A DNA stretch of 55,791 bases. It comes from an uncultured Desulfovibrionaceae bacterium. Its GTDB lineage: Bacteria; Desulfobacterota; Desulfovibrionia; Desulfovibrionales; Desulfovibrionaceae. How positions within the stretch are numbered: position 1 is the stretch's first letter; each line of letters opens with the position of its first letter. The position numbers and the translations under genes are program-made. A model generated the notes under the pieces. The model was not told the origin of the DNA, did not search any database, and was given only the letters and a program-made list of their open reading frames with translations. Below, in pieces: positions 36,487 to 43,742 of this stretch. The stretch lies in the NCBI GenBank assembly GCA_964372075.1, contig CAYJPR010000001.1, positions 1 to 55,791 on the forward strand. Reading direction: 5' to 3'.

Positions 36487-38573
36487 TAGGGCAAAAGCTC
36501 CAAAGATATAGGTGTTACATAATCATCCGCAGCATCACCTTGATTTAAAGCAACCCATTGATCCGGTGTGCTATGTATGCTCTGATAAGCTGCTACCTTA
36601 GCGCGTAAACTTTCAATAAATTGATCTTGCTCATCAGGACCAAAACTTTCCCAAAGTTCTGAAGACATGGTCATAATTTGACTTTCATAAGGAAGACCTT
36701 GTAGGAAAGCAGGCACTAATCCGGACTCTTGTAAGCTTTTTGCTTTAGCCAACTGATCAGCATTACGTGCCGCAGCTGCAGAGACGCTTTGCAAAGAGGT
36801 AAAGAAATCGCCACTACCCATTTGTGCTTCAGCTCCTGCTTCAATAATTTCATTAAGCATCACAGCTAAACTATCTAATTGACGCTTAGAAATGAGCAAA
36901 CGCACGTCTAAGGATTGAATGGAAGCATCGGTTAAATCTTTATCCGTTACCCACGCTTCGATATCATTGGGAGCTTGAGTTTCTGTAGCTCGTCCAAGCC
37001 ATGTAACCATACCCGCTTGTAAGCTTTTTTGTATTTGCTCTGATGCAGATTTACCATCTGAGCTTTTAACTTCTGCAGTATCTGCCGCAGGAGTAGCTGC
37101 AGCTGGCGGAGTTGGCGCAGCAGAAGTTTGTGTCGCCGCAGCAGCATTTCCTTCTTTTAAAGCTACCTCAAGAACCTTTGCAATTTCTGTAACATAGGTA
37201 TTTGAAAGCTTCACAAAGTTCAGTCTATCGCCGGAGGGTACTTGTAAAAGCACGGCACTATCAGTACCCTTATTTGTTGTAAGCCCCTTAAATTGTCTTT
37301 CAGCTAATTTGTTATATTTTTTACGAATTTTTGGCTGAACATGAATACCGAAAATACTTACATTGTTTTCAGATGCCAAAGTGCGTAATGTTTTTTCATC
37401 TAATTTAGTACTGTTCCACTTATGACCGCTTTCGTGTGAGGGTGCATCACCCACAAGAATAATAATACGTAAAGCGCCATCACGCCATGCAGACTTTTCA
37501 ATGGCGGTTTTTACCCCTGCAAACATATCCTCGTGTACATCCACGGAGTCTGTTGTGGTTTCTTTAACTTCTTTAAGGGTAGTCACAAAGGTGTCTAAAG
37601 GTTGTAACTCAGGAGTAAAGTTCTTGGTAAGGTAGCCTATATCTTTAATTTCTTCTGAATCTCTATACGCTACAATGCCAAAACGAATGCGATCTGCCAC
37701 TTCTTTCTTTTCTGCCAAAGACTTACTCATGGCTTCTAATGTATTGCGAACCTCTTCAATATAAGGTTGCATACTGCGTGTGGTGTCCATAACCCAAACA
37801 ATGTCAAATTTAATATCTTTTTTCTGCGCCGCTACGTCACTTTCTGTGGTTGTGGCAGCCTTCAAAGCTTCGTCATTTTTACGGATATCAGCCGATTTAT
37901 CACGCTTAGCATCTTCCTTACCACTCACAGCCGCCAACAAAAGTTTGCGACCTTCATAACTTTCCATTTGTATTTTCTTATGTTCCAAAATAGGCAACAA
38001 ATAGAATTGCTTTGTGATATCAATAGCAAGCTTTGGTTCTACAGAAATAATAGGAAAATCGGCAGGTAGCGGGGTTGTAGCTGCATTATCTATGGCCGCA
38101 TACAATGTATTCACATCTTGCGTACGCTTTTCTGCAGTTTCTTTTAGTAAAGCATCAAGACTTTCTTCTTCCTCAAACATGAGCACAGATTTACGTCCCT
38201 GAGGGTGACTAAACGCTAAGCACATGGTTTGCTTCCACTCAAAAACATCAGAAGCCTTCATCCATCCTGCAATAGTGCCTTTTTCGTCAGTACCAACTTC
38301 ATACCAGCCGGTACCAGTTTCACGGGCTTCACCACCTGGGCGTGTATAAACAAAATAAGATTTAAAGACAGGAATTTGCCCGTCAATAGCAGTAGTTTCA
38401 GAAGCATCCTTATACAGCTTCGCTTGAGGACGAGCCAAAACCCTCAAAGAAAGAGGTGAACCTTCCTCAATGCTAACAGGTTTTTTCTCTGCGGCTTGCA
38501 GGTCAGAGAACAAAAGCGTCTGCGCTACCATTACACATAACGCAAACAACACTACACGGAAAAAACGTTTCAT
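36486..38573 (-). CDS. secreted SH3b-like plus von Willebrand factor A (vWA) domain protein
   Basis: Signal peptide (LFSDLQAAEKK). The N-terminal segment is SH3b-like (GWYEVGTDEKGTIAGWMKASDV). The vWA domain has an intact MIDAS (VMDTTRSM ... GDAPSHE). An Ala/Pro/Thr linker precedes a helical C-terminal domain. GAGG lies 5 nt before the ATG. Confidence 0.85.
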   Translation of the reverse strand: MKRFFRVVLFALCVMVAQTLLFSDLQAAEKKPVSIEEGSPLSLRVLARPQAKLYKDASETTAIDGQIPVFKSYFVYTRPGGEARETGTGWYEVGTDEKGTIAGWMKASDVFEWKQTMCLAFSHPQGRKSVLMFEEEESLDALLKETAEKRTQDVNTLYAAIDNAATTPLPADFPIISVEPKLAIDITKQFYLLPILEHKKIQMESYEGRKLLLAAVSGKEDAKRDKSADIRKNDEALKAATTTESDVAAQKKDIKFDIVWVMDTTRSMQPYIEEVRNTLEAMSKSLAEKKEVADRIRFGIVAYRDSEEIKDIGYLTKNFTPELQPLDTFVTTLKEVKETTTDSVDVHEDMFAGVKTAIEKSAWRDGALRIIILVGDAPSHESGHKWNSTKLDEKTLRTLASENNVSIFGIHVQPKIRKKYNKLAERQFKGLTTNKGTDSAVLLQVPSGDRLNFVKLSNTYVTEIAKVLEVALKEGNAAAATQTSAAPTPPAAATPAADTAEVKSSDGKSASEQIQKSLQAGMVTWLGRATETQAPNDIEAWVTDKDLTDASIQSLDVRLLISKRQLDSLAVMLNEIIEAGAEAQMGSGDFFTSLQSVSAAAARNADQLAKAKSLQESGLVPAFLQGLPYESQIMTMSSELWESFGPDEQDQFIESLRAKVAAYQSIHSTPDQWVALNQGDAADDYVTPISLELLP

Positions 38574-38774
38574 AGCAACCTCGCTGAAATAGATAAGAAT
38601 TTAATAAAACTCAACAACTCGGTAGATTTTCATTGGAACACCTCAAGGTGAGTAGTCTATCCACCTGTAAACTTTAGCTCTTCCCACAAATGTTAACAGT
38701 ATTCTATTAACAGTGAGAGTGCTAGATAAAACTTGTGTTAAAATACAAAACCTCTGCAATTTAAGCAAGTACTA

Positions 38775-38803
38775 TTGAATATTACTTACAAATTTAATAT
38801 AAT
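38775..38803 (+). promoter_or_regulatory. candidate near-consensus sigma70 promoter facing rightward
   Basis: The plus strand reads TTGAAT-N17-TATAAT. It points toward the C9 tract and the glycosylase pseudogene. The AT-rich context lowers its specificity. Confidence 0.3.
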
Positions 38804-38834
38804 ATCACCAAAAAACTCTTAAAAACTACAATAT

Positions 38835-38863
38835 AGTATATAGTTAAAAGCTTACTATATCAA
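38835..38863 (-). promoter_or_regulatory. candidate sigma70-type promoter facing the vWA cluster
   Basis: The minus strand reads TTGATA-N17-TATACT, about 260 nt upstream of the vWA start. The surroundings are very AT-rich, so a chance match is plausible. Confidence 0.25.
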
Positions 38864-38918
38864 TGTGATATACCATGAAAAACCTTCTTTCGAGAAGACA
38901 TTTGCTTACCTGTAGTCT

Positions 38919-38927
38919 CCCCCCCCC
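38919..38927. repeat. homopolymeric C9 (G9) tract
   Basis: Nine consecutive C residues lie inside otherwise very AT-rich non-coding DNA. Confidence 0.9.
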
Positions 38928-39299
38928 AACAATTAGCTAGCTTATAAAGCTTCACTAGGTATAAAGCATGAAGCAGTACAGATAGATAGCATGCATGGTA
39001 TTTCAAAAGTATTAATTTGACACATAAAACATGAATTGGTAATTAAAAATTATTAATTAAGCTAAAATTATTAAATTTTAATAATTACGCCTTATATCTT
39101 ATTAAATAAATGTTTTTTCTATGATTTAAAGCAATATTTTTATACAATTGTATAGAGCCTAACAATAACCATAAAAATGGACATCATAGCATTATTCTAG
39201 CGATAGATTTTATTGAGGAAAAGTAAAATTACGCCTGTAACGAATTGCCGTTACGTATAAATTTCGGAATTATATGTAGTTTGAGTTTGGGAAGAAAAA

Positions 39300-39732
39300 A
39301 GTAGCCTACTTAAAAAAGAAAGATAAAAAAACTTGGCAAAGCCATTGATAAAATCGTGATGGTACACAAAGTATAGATAGAGGCATTTTTACGGCAATTA
39401 TCAGAGCCATATTAAGGCAACAAATATCACGGCAAGCAAGTTAAAGGGTATTGGCTATGGACGGCTGAAATGCTTCTTGCCAGAGCCTTACAATGCTATG
39501 ACGTTTTAATTTTGGCGATATTGCCATCCATCGTGGGCTCCGAATGCTCTATAGTTATGAAGAAATTACCAAAGAAAGATTCGAACGGTATTGTAAAAGA
39601 TATTCTCCTTATGGAACTGTAGCCAGTGTATATCTGTGGGCCACTGCAGCTGGAGCACTACCAAAGCTAACTGACCCCAAAAGCAAAAAAACAGCAATAA
39701 AGAAGCAAAGCCTAACTATTAATTGCTTTTAG
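39300..39732 (+). pseudogene. decayed HhH-GPD DNA glycosylase (AlkA / 3-methyladenine glycosylase II-like) pseudogene
   Basis: The family motifs are split over three frames. Frame 1 gives FTAIIRAILRQQIS and then a stop. Frame 3 gives LKGIG. Frame 2 gives WTAEMLLARALQCYDVL. Frame 1 resumes with FGDIAIHRGLRMLY...YSPYGTVASVYLW. The segment between QQIS and the HhH motif, about 60 aa in intact proteins, is missing. Confidence 0.6.
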
Positions 39733-39863
39733 ATAATTTTTTTGTTTAAGTGACGCAATGAACTTTGCCAGAAATGAACGTATGGAATATTTTTTAAACA
39801 TCGACTAGTTAAAGATGTATTAGCAAATCACATTTAGCTATCATTCCTAACAGTAAAATAATA

Positions 39864-39900
39864 CAAAAAAAGCCCTTACCATATGTATAGTAAGGGCTTT
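39864..39900. terminator. terminator downstream of feoB (usable in both orientations)
   Basis: 10-bp perfect stem AAGCCCUUAC/GUAAGGGCUU with a 10-nt loop. An A7 run precedes it, which reads as U7 for the minus-strand transcript. Confidence 0.85.
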
Positions 39901-39930
39901 TATGCGTATTTTATGCTATTTTTTAGCTAA

Positions 39931-41934
39931 TTATTGAGGAGTGGCAACGCCATACTTTACATTGGAAAGCATATTCCCTTGCTTTGTTAAGTACACTAAC
40001 AATCCTAACAGGGCTATCACAACCACAAGTCCTGGGATAAAGCCAGCACCTACTGTACCAAGGGTGATGAACGTGCCCACTTGGTACACAAGAAAGGCAA
40101 TAACAAATGCTGTACCAAATTGTAAACCAATGCCGGAGAACAACCATTTTTTGTTTTCCATTTCAGCATTCATGGCACCAATGGCGGCAAAGCATGGAGG
40201 GGTGAACAAGTTAAACATAAGATATGCTAAGGCCGCCGCAGAAGTCATCCCCATGGTTTCTGCCACCGTAGAAGCGCCGCTTACAAGGGCCAATTCTTCT
40301 GTGTCGATGAAATTTGTAATGCCATATACCACTGCCAAGGTGCCAACAACGTTTTCTTTGGCAATAAAGCCGGTAATGGCTGCTGCCGCCAATTGCCATG
40401 CACCAAAACCTAAAGGAATAAGCAAGAAAGCAAAGGGGCTTGCAATGGAAGCTAATATACTTGTTCCTTCTGCACCTTCGGCAACAACGCTAAATGTCCA
40501 ATCAAATGTCTGCATAATTTGCACAAGAGCGTTACAAACTAAGATAATGGTAGCAGCTTTAATGATAAATGCTTTACCACGAGAAAGTGTAGACATGGTG
40601 GCACGGTAAAGGCTTGGAATTTGGTATTCTGGCAATTCCATAATAAAGAAAGAACGCGCATATTTTTCGCCTGTTACTATCTTTATGAGATAAGCGCCCA
40701 TGATAATAAGCGCTATTCCTGTAAAGTACATGCTGGTACCCACCCAGGGAGCATCAGCAAAGAAAGTGCCGGCAAAAAGAGCAATAACAGGTAATTTAGC
40801 ACCGCATGGCATAAAAGGAGTAAGCATGGCAGTGGTTCTTCTTTGGCGCTCATTTCTAATGGTACGGGTAGCCATAACACCTGGGATGGCACAACCTGTG
40901 CCAATAACCATGGGGATAATGGACTTTCCAGAAAGACCTACTATTTTGAAAAATCTATCCATAACAACAGCAACACGAGCCATATAGCCGCAATCTTCCA
41001 AAAGGGCTAACAAGAAGAACATCACCATAATAAGTGGTAAAAAGCCGAGCACAGCCCCCACGCCGCCAATAATACCGTCTAATAAAATGGAGCTGAGAAG
41101 CGGAGAAACATCTTCGCCAAGGGCGCCTGCTGCCCATTCATTAAACATATCTATATAGCCCACAAGCCAGTCGGCAATAAAGGTGCCAAGCGTGGTTTGT
41201 GAAATATAAAAAACACCCCACATAACGGCCATAAAAATGGGTATTCCAAGCCATTTATGCGCAAGAATACGGTCAAGGCTATCTTGCATGGTTTGTGAGT
41301 CACTTGATGTTGCGCGTGTTTCCACTTGCTGCACAAGAGTGTTTATGAATTCATATCTTTTTTTATCTGCAGTTTTTTGCGCATCTTCATCGTTTATAGC
41401 AGCACTTTCCACATAGGCAGCTTGCTGAGTTTTACCTTTTACAGCAATGGCACTAGCAATAACGTCCTTAAGTCCCTTATCATTGGTGTCTATGGAGATG
41501 GTTGATACTACTGGGCAGTTAAGCGAGGCAGAAAGTTTTTCTACATCAATAGTAATATTTTTTTTCTTATTTAAGTCACCTTTATTAAGAGCTACCACAA
41601 CAGGTATACCCATATCTAAAAGCTGCGTCGTTAAAAATAAAGAACGTGAAAGATTAGTAGCATCTACTATATTAATAATAACATCTGGAGCCTCTGTTTT
41701 CACAAAGTCACGTGTAATATTTTCTTCAGATGTAAAGGGAGACATGGAATATGCTCCGGGTAAATCAACTGCAATAAGCTTTTCAGAGGCGTCATAAAGG
41801 CTTTTCTTTATACTGCTCTCTTTCTTTTCAACTGTAACGCCAGCCCAGTTTCCTACTTTTTCAATTTTACCTGTAATAGCGTTAAAAAACGATGTTTTTC
41901 CGCTATTAGGGTTCCCCGTTAATGCAATTCTCAT
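39931..41934 (-). CDS. feoB: ferrous iron transporter FeoB
   Basis: N-terminal G domain (IALTGNPNSGKTSFFN, DLPG, NKGD) followed by the polytopic FeoB membrane domain. Confidence 0.95.
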   Translation of the reverse strand: MRIALTGNPNSGKTSFFNAITGKIEKVGNWAGVTVEKKESSIKKSLYDASEKLIAVDLPGAYSMSPFTSEENITRDFVKTEAPDVIINIVDATNLSRSLFLTTQLLDMGIPVVVALNKGDLNKKKNITIDVEKLSASLNCPVVSTISIDTNDKGLKDVIASAIAVKGKTQQAAYVESAAINDEDAQKTADKKRYEFINTLVQQVETRATSSDSQTMQDSLDRILAHKWLGIPIFMAVMWGVFYISQTTLGTFIADWLVGYIDMFNEWAAGALGEDVSPLLSSILLDGIIGGVGAVLGFLPLIMVMFFLLALLEDCGYMARVAVVMDRFFKIVGLSGKSIIPMVIGTGCAIPGVMATRTIRNERQRRTTAMLTPFMPCGAKLPVIALFAGTFFADAPWVGTSMYFTGIALIIMGAYLIKIVTGEKYARSFFIMELPEYQIPSLYRATMSTLSRGKAFIIKAATIILVCNALVQIMQTFDWTFSVVAEGAEGTSILASIASPFAFLLIPLGFGAWQLAAAAITGFIAKENVVGTLAVVYGITNFIDTEELALVSGASTVAETMGMTSAAALAYLMFNLFTPPCFAAIGAMNAEMENKKWLFSGIGLQFGTAFVIAFLVYQVGTFITLGTVGAGFIPGLVVVIALLGLLVYLTKQGNMLSNVKYGVATPQ

Positions 41935-41961
41935 GATTATCTCCTCTAAATAATATACATT

Positions 41962-42204
41962 TTATATTGATATAGCTTTTGCTAATTCTATATCTATACT
42001 GTAGCGAGCATCTTTTATTACAACCACAAAATTATTGTTTAGCTTTGAAACAATGGTGATGGTCTGACCTTCATAACAACCAAGAGTAAAAAGAAACTCT
42101 TTCATTTCAACATCAGAACCTGTCACAATATCTTGAACTATATAACTTTTATTAAGTTCACCTTCGACTAAACTTTTTCTCACTTCAGATTTGGAATTGC
42201 TCAT
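41962..42204 (-). CDS. feoA: FeoA-family protein
   Basis: 80 aa with an SH3-like FeoA pattern (L.......Y.V..I......M..FL..LG...G..I.IV). It lies immediately upstream of feoB and has AAGGTG before the ATG. Confidence 0.85.
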   Translation of the reverse strand: MSNSKSEVRKSLVEGELNKSYIVQDIVTGSDVEMKEFLFTLGCYEGQTITIVSKLNNNFVVVIKDARYSIDIELAKAISI

Positions 42205-42230
42205 AAATCACCTTGCTTTTCAAGAATTTC

Positions 42231-42276
42231 TTACACAAAAAGAAACATTCCTCAGTTATTCCCATGAGGAATGTTC
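42231..42276 (-). terminator. intrinsic-terminator-like hairpin between the small Cys-rich ORF and feoA
   Basis: Perfect 11-bp stem (42244-42254 pairs with 42265-42275) with a 10-nt loop. On the minus strand it is followed by UCUUUUUGUGU. It sits about 30 nt upstream of the feoA start. Confidence 0.55.
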
Positions 42277-42303
42277 TTCTACAACAACTATCGATACAAA
42301 AAT

Positions 42304-42444
42304 CTACTTTTTATGTGAGCCATCGCAACTTCCAGCACTGGAGCATCCAATACACTTTGCTCCCTTTTTCTTTTGCCAGAAAATATACCCCACAGCAGCG
42401 CCCAAAATGACGATTAAAATACCTAATACTATTGCATCATTCAT
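42304..42444 (-). CDS. FeoB-associated Cys-rich small membrane protein (46 aa, absent from the ORF track)
   Basis: My hand translation gives MNDAIVLGILIVILGAAVGYIFWQKKKGAKCIGCSSAGSCDGSHKK. That is one TM helix, a KKK stop-transfer and a Cys-rich tail. AAGGTGG lies 9 nt upstream of the ATG. Confidence 0.65.
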   Translation of the reverse strand: MNDAIVLGILIVILGAAVGYIFWQKKKGAKCIGCSSAGSCDGSHKK

Positions 42445-42665
42445 AATAAACGACCACCTTCATCAAATAATAAAGATATATTACCAGCATCGAAATCGAA
42501 AAGCAATTTCATTTTGAAAGCTAGCAAAAAAAATAAAAAATCTCTTTAGTTTTTTCAGAAAAAAAACAAAAAAAAAATTAAATAAAAATGAAAAAAATCA
42601 AGAATTGTTCAAATGATAATACAGAAAGGTGAATCACAAAAAAAGTAAATGGCTTAATTTGCAAA

Positions 42666-43742
42666 TCATTTTGAAAAAATCAAGCGTGCAGTAAATATTT
42701 TTTCTTTTTCATCAAAAAGGATATGGAGTTCACCCTGCATCCTTTTCATCAATTCAGAAACAATGGAAAGCCCTAAGCCAGATGAAGACTCATTCCTATT
42801 TTTATCAGCTGTGTACAGCCGCATTGTTAAATGGGTAACCATGGAAGACAAATTTTCTTTTGCAATATTTCTTACTTCTATAACTACCTCTTTTTCTGTT
42901 TGAAAAAGCTCAAGCTCAATCTCCGTGTTTAGCACACTGTATTTATGCGCATTCTCAAAAATATTATCCATAATTCTATGGAAATTTTCCACATCCACTC
43001 GAAGCAGGCAGCTTTGCGCTTTTGATTTAAAAACAATAGGATATGGTTTAAGATCTAATATTTGAGAAAGTAAAATTTTAATATTTATTTCTCGTAAATT
43101 CATTTTTATATCATCACTAATGGCTTTGCTGTACAAAAATAAATCTGAAATAAGTTTTTTAAGTCGCAGAGAATTTTTTTCTGCTATTTCCAAATAAGAA
43201 TAAGCTTCATTGTCTACAGGCGTATTATTTTTTGCAAGATCAAGATAGCCTATAACAGAGGTTAAAGGAGTTCTTAAGTCATGAGAAATATTAGTTATAA
43301 GCATTCTTCTCTGTAATTCATGAGCACGCTGTGCATGTGTTTTTTGCCAAAGTTCCTCTTTTATTTCATTTACACTTTGCGCAAGGCGTGCCAGTTCATG
43401 CGAACCAACAACAGGTATAGAATAATTGATGTCAGGATCGGGAATTTTTCTAATTCCTTCTTCAATAGCCTTAATATATGTAACAATTCTTGAAATTATG
43501 CCAAAAGATAATACAAAGAACACCATGATGGAAAAAACTCCCGCACTAATATGGTGCGCCTCTGAGAAAATTGCCATCTTGATGGATTCAAAAAGCCCTA
43601 TGGCTCCACTTCTTTGAAAAAAATGTGCTACCCCTACCAATATTAAAAACAAAGACACACTTATAAATGTCGAGAAAAACATTTGTAAAAATAAAATAAT
43701 ATACAGTGAATTTCTTTTATTTTTAATCAACACGATATCCAA
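42666..43742 (-). CDS. two-TM sensor histidine kinase (HisKA plus HATPase_c)
   Basis: H-box ITNISHDLRTPLTSVIGY, N-box IFENAHKY and G-box SSGLGLSIV. It overlaps the upstream regulator gene by 20 nt. Confidence 0.9.
   Translation of the reverse strand: MDIVLIKNKRNSLYIILFLQMFFSTFISVSLFLILVGVAHFFQRSGAIGLFESIKMAIFSEAHHISAGVFSIMVFFVLSFGIISRIVTYIKAIEEGIRKIPDPDINYSIPVVGSHELARLAQSVNEIKEELWQKTHAQRAHELQRRMLITNISHDLRTPLTSVIGYLDLAKNNTPVDNEAYSYLEIAEKNSLRLKKLISDLFLYSKAISDDIKMNLREINIKILLSQILDLKPYPIVFKSKAQSCLLRVDVENFHRIMDNIFENAHKYSVLNTEIELELFQTEKEVVIEVRNIAKENLSSMVTHLTMRLYTADKNRNESSSGLGLSIVSELMKRMQGELHILFDEKEKIFTARLIFSK

Noticed and set aside
38875-38940. The 21-aa ORF (MKNLLSRRHLLTCSLPPPTIS) that spans the C9 tract, considered as a phase-variable peptide gene.
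   Set aside because: It has no recognisable RBS or family. All three frames terminate within a few codons after the tract, so changes in tract length cannot switch a longer product on.
39544-39732. The 62-aa ORF (MLYSYEEITKERFERYCKRYSPYGTVASVYLW...) considered as an independent small gene.
   Set aside because: It is the C-terminal in-frame remnant of the HhH-GPD glycosylase pseudogene. It has no RBS, and the upstream family motifs continue in other frames.
42600-42625. Possible Fur box (caaatgataatacag) in the A-rich spacer upstream of the small ORF and feo genes.
   Set aside because: Only one GATAAT hexamer matches the 19-bp consensus, and the inverted half is missing. In DNA this AT-rich the match is not meaningful without a proper matrix scan.
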